The notes below the pieces were generated by a model. That model had not been told where the DNA came from, did no database searches, and saw only the letters and a list, made by a program, of their open reading frames with translations. DNA of 64,000 nt from Eledone cirrhosa (taxonomy: Eukaryota), in NCBI GenBank assembly GCA_964016885.1, contig OZ024744.1, forward strand, positions 56,606,001 to 56,670,000, given 5' to 3'. The stretch's first letter is position 1. Each line of letters opens with the position of its first letter. This document shows positions 51,901-63,350 of this stretch, piece after piece. Position numbers and translations under genes: made by a program.

Positions 51901-52348
51901 ATCTTGCAGAGGAACTTTCCAAATGCAAAACCCATGGATAGTAATGGGTGAAAGGGGCCTCTAAGAAGTGGTTAAAAGAAATTTGCTTTTTATCATGATG
52001 TAACTAGTTTATTGCAGATTTTATTCATTGGTGAATTTGAAACTAAAAAAACCTCATCATAATTCAAGCTGGCATGAGTTGGGCTGATTGTTACATACTG
52101 TCAGTTCTTATTTGAAGTTATTAACCTCTTAGATGGATTGGGGATCAGGACCATGTCGCACTTGTACGTTATAATTTCGGTGTTGTTGGATGCTCTAGCT
52201 CACACTAACCAATTTACATTTTATCATGACACTAGTTTGTGATGTCCTTGGTAGACTGAGAAGTTCTCTTTATCTTATGTTGTCTCCATTCAGTTGTCAA
52301 CCATTTTACAAAATGTACTGGTTGTACTCTGACACCAACAGATTCATC

Positions 52349-52590
52349 TTAACAATTTCATTACTACCATATTTCCATTGAAAACACTGCTTATGATTTT
52401 CAAATAATTTTGAAAATAATGAATTTGGAGTGAGTCAGTAGTATAATTAATTTTCTCATTATTGAACTAGTGTTTGGAACATAACCTAAGAAAGGTGTTT
52501 ACATAAAATTATGATGGGTGATTTTTAGATGAATATAGACACTGTAAAACAATTTTGTATCGAAGAACCATGAGTGGAAATCGATGACCT
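52349..52590 (+). mobile_element. piggyBac-type MITE, family B copy
   Basis: ttaac..ttactaccatatttccattgaaaacactgcttatgattttcaaataattttgaaaat core is shared with 47741-47945. Confidence 0.55.
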
Positions 52591-52850
52591 ATTTTTTCAG
52601 CAGTAAAATCTTTCTTTATGGTATCTATCTACAGCTTAAGAACTGGGCCATTGGGAGTTTTTTTTTTTTTTTTTTTTTTTTTTATCAGACACAATATAGT
52701 GGTAGGAAGGAATATGAGTATTATGTCCAGTAAGTTAAGACATTAATAATAACTTAAAACATAATAAAAATACAGGAATGATTTCCAATAAGTACTGTCT
52801 GGACATGGCAAATAGCTACTGTTTTTGATTCTTCACTGTATTAGGTTTAA

Positions 52851-53053
52851 CCCTTTTAGCATTTAAACTGGCCATTTCCAGCCAGATTTCTCTCACCTCT
52901 TTCTGTTCAAACTGGCTGTAACTGGCCACTCATACTGATGTTAAGATATTGTTCTCAAAATAAATATCAATCTCATAGATTCGATATTATGTGAGATAAA
53001 GCCTTTACCATGAAAATATAATAGTATATAAGAGTAATGTAAATGTTAAAGGG
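52851..53053. mobile_element. 203-bp piggyBac MITE with intact ends
   Basis: TTAA at 52847-52850 and 53054-53057. TIRs CCCTTTTAGCATTTA and (reverse complement) CCCTTTAACATTTA resemble those of the large piggyBacs. Confidence 0.8.
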
Positions 53054-53116
53054 TTAAGAAGTTCCAGCCTTAAAACAGCTCTTTCATGAGAACAAATGTA
53101 TTAGGCCTGTTAATTT

Positions 53117-53170
53117 AAGATGGCAGTGCCCCAACATGGCCACATTCTAATGACTGAAACAAGTAAAAAA
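53117..53170 (+). mobile_element. SINE 3' tail
   Basis: gtgccccaacatggccacattctaatgactgaaacaagtaaaa. Confidence 0.55.
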
Positions 53171-53274
53171 CTCTTTGAATAACAGAACGCTACAAATATT
53201 AGTTTCATTAATCTATGTTCTTTTGTCATTCACCATACTGCTGTTACAATTTCAACTTATCTCTCTGCGCTCAC

Positions 53275-53490
53275 GCTGGAAGGAATAAAAATGAGAATGG
53301 TTCGTTAGATGAGTGGAGTGTTGCTGAGAGTGGAAGACAAACAATTGTGGAGTATGATGAGAATAGTCAGTGATGAATGTTGTGAAGAGAAATGGAATGA
53401 GATGGTTGGGTGTTGAAGGATGAAAGTCAGTGTGAGAGAAGTTATGGGAATGAATGTGGAAGGAGAAAACGAAGAAAGACATGACTAAAA
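53275..53490 (+). mobile_element. Old RTE LINE C-terminal fragment
   Basis: IKMRMVR*MSGV ... RNGMRWLG ... VMGMNVEG pieces parallel the C-terminus of the RTE at 60130-60370. Confidence 0.5.
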
Positions 53491-53629
53491 ATGGAGCCAG
53501 GGGTTTGTTGATTGGGGTGCAGGCTATAGGGAAAAGTAGAAAAACTGCTTAAATTTCACCTGTCTGAGATGGCCTGTCAAAGCCTTGGGCACAGCCTCTT
53601 CCTATAGACCTATAATTATCTTTCAATAT

Positions 53630-53852
53630 TCTTCTGAAACAACCTCTGACTCTATAGTGCAAAGCTGTTTAAATTTATCTAGAAACCATTCATCATAATT
53701 TTATGTCAGCACCTTTATTGTTAGGTTCCTAACACCAGCATAACAAAGAAGTTATTTATATTACTAAATCTCTCCAAATTCTTAACTAATTTTCAAAATT
53801 ATTTGAAAATCATAGGCATATTTCATTAGAAATATGGTAATGAAAGAGTGAA
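53630..53852 (-). mobile_element. piggyBac-type MITE, family B copy (inverted)
   Basis: ctccaaattc..attttcaaaattatttgaaaatca..aaatatggtaatgaaagagtgaa is the reverse complement of the family B core and end. Confidence 0.55.
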
Positions 53853-54328
53853 CATTGGTACAATTGTCCGTGCTCCTTAACCTTCAGCATTAAGGTAGGG
53901 AAGATACTAGAGCAGATCAAGTTGACTAGAAAAATACCCCCTCCCTCCGTCTTCCCAACAAAGTTTTGAATATTTTAAGATTCATTTGATGAGATACTAC
54001 TGCACCTGATGAAGTACATTACTTTCAAATTAAGTTCACTTGAACATGAGAGCTTATCATCTCCTTGGTGATTATGGAATAAGTAATAATTTGTTGTTAC
54101 AATTAACTTATGTAGGTTTAGCTGGCTGCTATTTCCTGCAAACTGAGACTGCATCTAGGAGTTCTTTTCTTGGTTTGTAAATTTGACTTTCTTCCTGTCA
54201 TATAACCATAAATTAAAAAGCTTGGAAAAGGAACGGTTTTGTATCCTTCTAAAAGTTGTTATAGATTACATTTATATAAGTTTAGCTTGCCTACTATCAG
54301 GTTGTATTGCATAGATTTCTCAGGTGTT

Positions 54329-54565
54329 TTAACCTTTCTGATATCAACCCACCTATCCAAAACCAGCTCTGGTTTTATGAAACAAAACTACCAATTTTAA
54401 GATTTCTATTTAAATTATCTTCTCACATAATTTTATAAAAGAACCATAGGTTAAATTACTATTTTGGTAATGAAATAATTAATGATTTTAACAAATTTCT
54501 CAAAATTGTCCAGTAATTAATTGAAATAGTGTATTCCATTAAGAATATGGTCATTAAATGGTTTA
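54329..54565 (-). mobile_element. piggyBac-type MITE, family B copy (inverted, diverged)
   Basis: ttaacctttctgatatcaac ... aatatggtcattaaatggttta. Confidence 0.5.
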
Positions 54566-55110
54566 TGATAGGCATCCCTGTCATATGAAAGATTAAGGTT
54601 GCAGTTTGGTTCCTAATCCTTTTAGGTACATTATGACTGTTGGATCACACTAGAAATAAAACTTCTATTGCTGTACAACAATGCGCTTTATGATATCAGT
54701 GGGAATAACACCATCAAAATACTAATATTTATAGAATGTTTTTCTGTTGGAAACAGCTGTTCTTGCTTTTTGCTCATCTAATGTAAATTCTAGAGAGGAT
54801 TGATTGTGTGGGTCTCTTCAATTAAAAGATGATAGCTTATCGATTGCTGTTTCCATAAAATTATATACAGATAAGATAGTAGTGAATGGAGTAAATATAT
54901 TCATTCCTCTCTTTAGTATTACAAAGGTGGGTGTGTTGCTTTTTTAAAATAAAGAATTTTACTTTACTCAATTGCTAAAATATAAAATCTATAGTGTCCT
55001 CAAATGTTGGTAGTAATTTTTATCTTAACCATTCAGCTTTTAGTATAAAGTGTTTGATACAGTAGGTCAACTTTATTTTAGATGGGAGCACATTATTTGT
55101 AGTGAGGAAC

Positions 55111-55365
55111 CATCATCATTAAGAACCTCCATTTTTCTATATTTGCATGGGTTGGACAAGTCTTTGCTAACATAATGTTTGCCACATGTTACAGTCCTTT
55201 GTCATTTATTTTGTGTGGTTCAGCATTCACCACTTCTTCCCTTGTTGTTCTTGGTCTTGTTCTTTCACACGTTCTTTCCATTTGGATAATTTGGCACTTT
55301 ACTCAACTATCATCTTCCACGCACATTTATCCATACCAGTGCAGTTTTCTCTCTTACTACATCTC
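55111..55365 (-). mobile_element. RTE LINE 3' end fragment
   Basis: catcatcatt tail, tgcatgggttggacaag and gcagttttctctct parallel the element at 57821-58090. Confidence 0.6.
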
Positions 55366-55524
55366 TGTTGATTCTGATGGTAAGTGTGCAAGTTGTTTGA
55401 ACAATGGGACAGCCTGCAGTTGAAATTGACATGCAATTGACAAAGCATTCCACAGATACCTCCTCCTTTAATGTAGTTTTTAGGGAGATTTATCATGACA
55501 CACTAAGTGACAAAGCTGAATTAT

Positions 55525-55625
55525 AGGGGTAACTCATTTTTGCCAGCTGAGTGGTCTGGAGCAATCTGAAATATAGTGTCTTGCTTAAAGACATAATGTG
55601 TTGACAAAAATCAAACTCATGACCT
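55525..55625 (-). mobile_element. SINE fragment
   Basis: ctcatttttgccagctgagtggtctggagcaa..aaatatagtgtcttgcttaaagac. Confidence 0.45.
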
Positions 55626-56224
55626 TGTCATGAATATGTACTATATTTGGTTTCTTTTCTACCTAATTACTCTCAGTTCATTTTTGATACTAATATTACT
55701 CATGCATTCATGCATACTAACATCATTCATTGGTGCATGCTCGCCCCATTTCTTTCAGTCCTCTGTTTTGCTACTATACAATATTACACATTGTATGTAA
55801 TCTACCTTTCACTCAAAGCAAGAATTTTGTTATTGGCAAAGGTAAATGGTTCCCTGAGCTTTTTTTGCCCTGTTTTTACTTTTGCAACTATGCTTTTGGA
55901 GCCCCCTCCCCATTCCTGATTAGCTTACCTATGGAGTTGTCTTAACATTTTCAGAGTTTATTTTACTTGTGTTATTAGTAATGCACTGGGTAATTGCTGG
56001 CCTTGTGCCTAAAGTAGAAACAGTTATTACTAGGAATTACTTCTATACATCTATCAGCCTGCCACTGCATCTATTGTGCATCATTCTGGTTACATTGATG
56101 CACAGTTCCTAATGCTCATTTTCATATGTACTGAACATGGCCATTTCCCAGGTGGTACAGTTTTTTTTTTTTTTTTTTAAATTAAAACGTTTGTCTTTTC
56201 AAGTTCCTACGAGCAGCTAATTTT

Positions 56225-56600
56225 AAACTCCTGTTAATACATGGAGAACTATAGTAACCAGAAGGGATTGAGAACAAAACCTTGATGGACACCTACTTAC
56301 ATGCTAAATTCTTTGTAGAATTTGTTGCTCACTCTGTACACGTATATCTGTTGAATTTTTTTAACATCCATCAAACAAGATAGCATGGCTACCCTGTCAA
56401 AAGCCTTTTTCTAGCCAATGAATACTAGGTGTAGTAGCTTACTCTTTGCTAAAAACTTCTGCAGTAGTCTCACTTGGTACATTGTCTTCTGTGATAGACC
56501 TAAACTGCATCTCATTTAAACTAATTCTCTTCCTAACTTGTATGTTTTCTGTTAGTTTTATAACTTGGTCTAACAATTAGATGCCTCTGTAATTGCTCTA
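56225..56600 (-). mobile_element. RTE LINE reverse transcriptase fragment (decayed)
   Basis: Minus-strand pieces RKRISLNEMQF, KFLAKSKLLHLVF, KAFDRV and KEFSM*VGVHQGFVLNP match the RT at 59325-59530 where they overlap. Confidence 0.8.
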
Positions 56601-57130
56601 GAAAGAGAATTCTTTTGGGGCTATATAGTAATGTTATTTTTACACCATACAATTCAGCTGTGCATATTTTATGTAGCTATAAAACATAATTTAAACTGTA
56701 ATAAATGGAGTGCTGGACAGCGGCCAGAAGATATATTTTTTTATCCTGTTTGTAAAATAAGTTGGATTACTTTGAATAAATAATGAATGAATATTACATA
56801 ATTTATCTACTAAATTTCGTTATTCTTGATTAAATATAAATAATTTTGTCGCTTATTTTAAGATTCACTTCTATAAAATTTTCAAATGTCAACACTTCCG
56901 GTTAGCGATCGCTTAAATAAACAGTCATATATTTCCGTCAATGGATTTACGTTACTGATTACATAAAACAGTGTAACACAGTCTTTGTTCAATTTCTGTA
57001 TATATATAGTCAATTACGATTTTATTTGATGTATCATATCTGCATGTATATATACTTTACGTAATCAATATGCACACTACACAGGCCTGCTAGTATATAT
57101 AATGAAGGGTCATAGTGATTATTTTCATGT

Positions 57131-57161
<31 letters not shown>

Positions 57162-57584
57162 GCAAAAATCAAATGTTACTCTGAATGGTTTTAATTTATG
57201 CATGATAAAATATGCTCAGAATACTCAGTAAAGTGGTAGTTTTGGTGTCGTGATGAAATTCACACACATATATCTTTAAAGTGGTTGCAGTTAGGTAACA
57301 TAGTGCACTGTTGAAACCACGCCAGATGTGGAATGTATGAGCAAGATTAAGTCCCTCCAACCTGTCTAGTCTCTGACTATGACATGTTCAACTCATGTCA
57401 GCATGGAACATTGATTCCTGAATCTCAGTGATTGAAAGAAAATAGCTAGCTAGCTAGCTTACCAGGTAGCATCTTGGACAAATATCTTCTACTGTAAACT
57501 TGTGAGTTGAATTTGGTAGACTTGTTAGGTTGAAAGAGTGCAGAAGCTTGTATCATTACAGTACCATTCTGACTCTAGACACTT

Positions 57585-57665
57585 TTGAGTTCAATTCCTG
57601 CCAAAATCAATTTTACCTTTCATCCTTTCAGGGTTGATAAAATAGGTCTAAGTGCTAGGGTAAAT
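57585..57665 (+). mobile_element. tRNA-derived SINE fragment
   Basis: gagttcaattcctgcc..cctttcatcctttcagggttgataaaat. Confidence 0.6.
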
Positions 57666-57820
57666 ATAATCTACTGTCGATCACTGCAAACATACATTGT
57701 AGTCTGGTACAGTAGTCCAAATCCCTACCTAATCTGGGGGCTCTGAACAGTTAAAGTGACACACGGGTTAGGGTGCACTGCCATCACATCAATATTATCT
57801 ATCTGTAACACACTATATTG

Positions 57821-58750
57821 TCATCATCATCATATCCATTTTTCTCCACTTGCATGGGTAGGACAGGTCCTTTTCAGCACAGATCTTTCTATTCATTGCA
57901 TTCTCTTGTCATCTCTGTGAGTTGTTAGGGATTTGGGATCAGCTCTCACCACCTCCACCCAGGTCTTCCTTGGTTTACCTCTACTGCAGTTTCCTTCCAC
58001 TGAGATTTCTTGGCACTTCTTTACTTAGGAATCACCATCCATGTGCATCAATTGTTCTTACTAATGCAGTTTTCTCTCTTGCAGACCACCTCTGATTTCT
58101 CTTAAACACAGTTTCTCTCTTAGTTCACCCAAGCTCTGTCTTTCTCTCACATTTGCATTGCACATCTAATGAAGCATGGTAGCTTCATTTCTCTCCAGCC
58201 TAATACGTCCTTTGCAGTCACTGCCCATGTTTCAAAACCATGCAGCATTGCACTTTGCACACAAGCATCATACAGCTGTTGTTTTGTTTGTAGATTGAAA
58301 CATTTTGTAGTGAACAGTGTAAGTAGCTCTCTAAACGTTTTCGATCTTATCCTTATTTTACCTATTATGCTCTCAAAGTACGCTCCTCTGTTAATTAAGC
58401 CACCCAGATACTGTCCAACATTGAAGTTGTCTGTCAAGAAGACAAGATCTCTTTCATCAGTAGCTGAGGTTGTCTGTAAAAGTTCCTCATAGATCCTGTA
58501 GTTTTATTCTTTACTTAGTCATGTCTATGGGGCATAGGTAGATTGTAATAGTCACCATTCTATCTCCTACAGTTAATCTAAGCTTGATGATTCTGTCACT
58601 CACTCCAACTACCTCTATCACCTTTTCTAGCCATTTCTCAGCTAGTAGAATGCCTACACCACATACCCCATCATCATTTCCTACCCAGTAAAGTATATCC
58701 ACATCTCTCCTCTCTAACAGCTTCGCAATTTCACCCGATTTATCTTTGAG
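57821..58750 (-). mobile_element. Internally deleted RTE LINE (AP endonuclease fragment joined to the post-RT C-terminus and tail)
   Basis: APE piece YWVGNDDGVCGVGILLAEKWLEKVIEVVGVSDRIIKLRL (58511-58702); C-terminal piece YLGGLI..FRELL..LYDACVQSAMLHGFETWA (58147-58437); (GAT)n tail at 57821-57833. Confidence 0.85.
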
Positions 58751-59324
58751 TGGCAGTCATGAAATGTGTAACTTGACATGTGTTAGTTTCCTCAGTAGCA
58801 GTTCTTTGTTCTCGGAAGGAAATAAGACTGTGCAAGTACCTGATGATAGTTGAGGGGTTCTTGCACCTGGCTACTCTAGCCACCCCACTACCATGTACAG
58901 CGCTAACAAGACTAGTGTTGGCCCTGTATATACAATTAGTGTGAATTGTTCATTCCATAATTTTGGAAGGGATTTTCTGGCTGGATACCCATCCTTTAAT
59001 TAACCCTTTAGCATTCGCATTAATTTTCAAATGTCATGCTTATCTGTTCGCATTTATTTTGAGTTAATCATACTCAAGAGGGTTATCAATTTTATTTGTT
59101 TGTAATTTTCTTAATTTTCTATGCGCAGACTTGAAATTTTGTCAGATGTTAATTTACAATTGTATATTTTTACTGGTTTTTTTTTTTTTTTTTTTTTTTT
59201 TTTTGTGGTTAAATTTGACTTCTATGGGCAGGTGAAATTAATTAACAGGTGTAAAAGTAATGACTTTATGGATAAACACAAATTAAAACTTTATCTGACT
59301 TACCTGTTACATTTATTACAAAGA

Positions 59325-60774
59325 TGGCTTGTCAAAGCTGTACAAGCCATGTATAGGGGAGCAGTCAGCAAAGTTAGGATTAGCAATGAGTATAGCGAGG
59401 AATTTAGCGTACAGGTTGGTGTCCACCAGGGCTCTGTTCTTAGCCCTCTCCTGTTCATCATAGTCCTGCAGGCAATAACGGAGGAGTTTAAGACCGGATG
59501 CCCGTGGGAACTCCTGTATGCTGATGACATCACACTTATAGTTGAATCTATGGTAGACCGAGAGAAGAAATTCCAAATTTGGAAGCAGGGACTAGAAAGA
59601 AAGGGTCTCAAAGTCAACATGACAAAGACTAAGGTCCTTGTAAGTAGACGAGAAAACAGAACCCAGATCCCCTCAGGGAAATGGCCTTGCTCAGTATGTA
59701 GGAAAGGTGTAGGTAGGAACTCCATTCTCTGCCCCAAATGCAAACAATGGGTACACAAGAGATGTAGCGGGATCTCGGGAAGCTTAATTAAGAATGTAGG
59801 CTTCACATGCAGCAGCTGTGCTGGGACAGCAAGCTGCTAACAGCCACAGGAGACAAGTACCACCAATCTCTGGGAGGGCTCTGTAGAGACAGTAGACAGC
59901 TTCTGCTACCTAGGTGACCGAATTAGCAGCGGAGGTGGGTGTTCAGAAAGTACAATAACTAGGGTAAGAATGGGATGGAAGAAGTTCAGGGAACTACTGC
60001 CACTGCTAGCTGCAAAAGGCTTCTCCCTCAAAATGAAAGGCAGACTGTATGATGCATGCATACGAACAGCAATGTTACATGGTAGTGAGACCTGGGCGCT
60101 GAAGGTGGAAGACTTACGTAGATTAGAGAGAAACGAAGCCTGCATGCTCCGATGGATGTGTAATAGTAATATATGCAAACGACACAGCATAAATGAATTG
60201 AGAGAGAGACTGAGCATAAGAGGAATCAAATGCTGTGTGCAGGAGAGGCGGTTGCGTTGGTATGGACATGTGATGCGTATGAAGGATGACAGCTGCATAA
60301 AAAGGTGCAGATCACTAGAAGTCGATGGAAACCGCGGAGTGGGGAGACCCAAAAAGACCTGGGATGAGGTGATAAAAGCCGACCTTACCCAATTACACCT
60401 CTCAAAGGCGATGACACACGACCGTGACCTCTGGCGTCACGCAGTAATACAGAGTACCCGACCTCCCATGGGTACAAGCTGAAGCATATAGACAATATGC
60501 CCCACACCCTCCCACTGCAAGGTGGTCGTGGAGGTGCCACGGCAAAAAAGCACCCAGCCCACACTGTAAAGTGGACGTGTAGGCGCCACGAAAAAGCACC
60601 CAGCACTCACTGTAAATGAGGTTGGTGTTAGGAAGGGCATCCAGCTGTAGAAATGAAGCCAAATCAGTTCCTGTATGAGCAAGGCATGGTCAGCCGACCA
60701 GACACTGCCCACAACAGGACAACCCGTCTAACCCATGCTAGCATGGAAGAACGGACGTAAAACGGTGATGATGA
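59325..60774 (+). mobile_element. Young 5'-truncated RTE LINE (~1.45 kb): RT C-terminal half, PHD finger, 3' UTR and (GAT)n tail
   Basis: GVHQGSVLSPLLF, LLYADD, FCYLGD, MLHGSETW, RRLRWYGHV and GRPKKTW are in one frame to 60482 with a single internal TAA (59838-59840). The segment is absent from the equivalent site (acaaaga|atatcc) in piggyBac copy 1. Confidence 0.93.
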
Positions 60775-61113
60775 ATATCCAACAATGACCTAGATGTTGA
60801 CTTGCAACAGTTTTAGCACATTTCCGAACAGGTGAATTAATTTAAAATGCAGGTATAATCAGTACACGGTTTTAGTCTCTCTCTACATTTCATGCAAATA
60901 TTTTCATTGAAAAAAATATATAAAACTCTTTCACCAGTCAAAATAATATTGGCAATGTACTCTTACTCAATGTACTGAGTAGATTTATATAACGGAATGT
61001 GCCAAATATATAGGTTCATTAACAGGTGTGATGCAGGTGTGGCACAGGTGAATTCAGGTGTTTTTGTATCTAATGTATTCCAATATATTTTTAAAATATT
61101 TTTTTCAATATTG

Positions 61114-62784
61114 TCAGACAATATTTCTATCATGATATTGGCCAAAACAGCCTTTACATAATGGCACTTTGCAAAAAGAACACATAAACGTGGTTTGAAT
61201 TGCATAACCTTTAACAGTTTTTCTCTTTTGCAAAGAGCACATTCGGCAAACCTTCTTCCTCCCATTAATTTTCTCCACTTTGTGAAAATGAATATTTTCT
61301 TTGTTCACCTCAGATAATTTTGACTTTCTTTCAGCTGTGTGTTTGTGAGAAGTATATCCTCTACATAGCTGAGAGGCAACGTCTACACAAAATTTCATGT
61401 GGCGGTAGTCCTTTGGTGGTGACGGATTCTTGTGGCTTTTAGTGAATACAATAAAAGAATTCACAATGGTTAAATTCACTAAAAACCACAAGATATATCT
61501 CCACCATTTCTTCCCAGGGCGTCCAACTGGGTAGTAGGCGCAATATTGGTCGGATTTGTCAACTCCACTCATATATTTATTATAGGAGAGGTTGACTAAA
61601 GGTTTACCTTCAGCCCCAACTCCTGGTTCTTGGTTAGACGATAGGAACAAAATTTGCCGCTTGTCTTTATACAATGTGGCTAACAAGCTCCCTTTTTGCA
61701 ATTGGAGAATGTCCCCTCTCTTTTTAAATTTTATAATTTTCATTTCTTGGGGTAGCCCTTTGCGATTCCCCATTATTGTACCGCAGGTGTACGTATTTAC
61801 GAGGGCAATATCCTCTGCTAGACGCACTGAAGAAAAAAAAAACGATCAAAATATATGTCTGTGTTGAGAGTGGAAGGGTTCAGTCAGAGACCACATAACA
61901 TCATACCCCAAGCCATATGTTCTCTATCCGTTGTTTCTTTCCTGTGTAAACATCAAAGTTTACACAGTAGCCTGTGTCCAATTCAGAGTTCCCACACCTT
62001 GATGCCCCATTTAGTGGGTTTAGCTGGCATGTATTGTCTAAAATGAAGCCTACCCTTATACCCAATCATAGCTTCATCAACACTAAGATTTTTCCCAGGT
62101 ATATACAGTTTTAAATTTTTCAGAGAGCATTTTAATTACTGGTCGAACTTTATACAGAGGGTCATAATTGAAATCATTTCTGCCAGGGTCATTTGAAGTA
62201 TCAACCAGGTGCAAATATTGGTTTAATTTTAAATACCTTGTTTTTGGCATAATACTCGATATATAAGGGTCGCTAATTCTTATATCAGTGCTCCAGTAAT
62301 TCCAGTCTTGCAAATTGTTTTATACCAAACATAATGTTTATGGTAAAAAACGCTTGCATCTCCGCAGCATCTGTCGGTTGCCATAACTGATCGGGTTTTC
62401 TTCGATATGAAATCTGCTGTTGGGCATATCGATTCGGTTCTCTTGCCACAACTTCGAAGAAAGTTTGTGGCAAAAACAAAAAGAAATAATCCAGTGCTTT
62501 AGCATCGGGAGGTAATATATGCTGTGGACCAGTATTTTCAACAAAATCGAGAACATGTATTGGTGTGGTATTTTTCGACCATGTTGCTGAAATATCTTCA
62601 ATGGCGCCCTGGAGATCTGCTTTGCTTTCACTTTCAAAATAACAATCATCGTCAGATGAAATTTCAGAAATATAAACATCAGATTCATTTGATGATATAT
62701 CACTATATTATCTTCTGTTTCTTGTTCATTCTGAATGTCGTGTGTAAAACCTTCAAAGTCGGTATCGCTACTTTCAGAAGCCAT
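61114..62784 (-). pseudogene. Frameshifted piggyBac transposase, copy 2
   Basis: Same motifs as copy 1. The C-terminal ~237 aa (CGTIMGNRKGLP..YNKYMSGVDKSDQ..cysteine-rich domain) are still open; the N-terminal half is frameshifted. Confidence 0.92.
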
Positions 62785-63149
62785 GTTGATACAAAAAAAT
62801 TTGTTGCACTTTCAAAGTTAAAAAACACGTGTTGCTTTAACTTGTTGCACTATATTAAGTGTTAATTTTCGTGGTAAAGGCCTAATCTCGTAGTAGTCTC
62901 GAATGGACGAGATTTTGATGATGGTTTGTTTATTTTTAGAACGATATTTTAGTGTAGGTGTTTTCGGGCGGTTTGAACAAATGGAGAAATAATTTTGGGC
63001 GCTTTTGGGCGGTTTGAACACTAAAGGGTTAACCAACCACTTAACACTGTGGATTGGGTAAATTATTTGTGCCACCAGCATTAGAGAGGTCTTACTAGAC
63101 TAGGGAGTCCACTCCACCATATATCATTTTTTATTCAGCTTCTAATCTA

Positions 63150-63350
63150 GAGGTATTGCCTTCACTATGGCTTACGGGGTCCACCTCTACCCCGTGCAGT
63201 TGTTAATTGGAGTCACAGCCCTCCTAGACAGATTGCCTTCGCTATGGCTTACGGTGCCCATGTCTGTCATTGGAAGTTGTTTTTGATTGTTGTCACTGCT
63301 TTCATTTTTGGCTACAGAGCCCACGCCTGCACTGGCAGTTGTTTTGAATC
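63150..63350. repeat. Diverged ~65-77-bp tandem repeat (about 3 units)
   Basis: attgccttc(a/g)ctatggcttacgg at 63155 and 63232; a weaker third unit (tgctttcatttttggctacag) lies near 63297. Confidence 0.6.

Larger units (their letters stand above)
59004..63028 (-). mobile_element. piggyBac DNA transposon copy 2 (defective, interrupted by an RTE insertion)
   Basis: TTAA TSDs at 59000-59003 and 63029-63032; same TIRs as copy 1; collinear and highly similar to 44021-46530 outside 59325-60774. Confidence 0.93.

Noticed and set aside
59121-59840. 239-aa chimeric piggyBac-RT fusion ORF
   Set aside because: The first ~68 codons are non-coding piggyBac subterminal DNA including a poly-T run (poly-F). 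The frame fusion is fortuitous and the RT lacks its N-terminal half.
59300-60712. Long minus-strand ORFs over the RTE
   Set aside because: They are antisense shadows of the RT coding frame with no recognisable domains.
44692-62784. Domesticated PGBD host gene
   Set aside because: Both copies retain TIRs and TSDs and have multiple frameshifts upstream of the catalytic residues.
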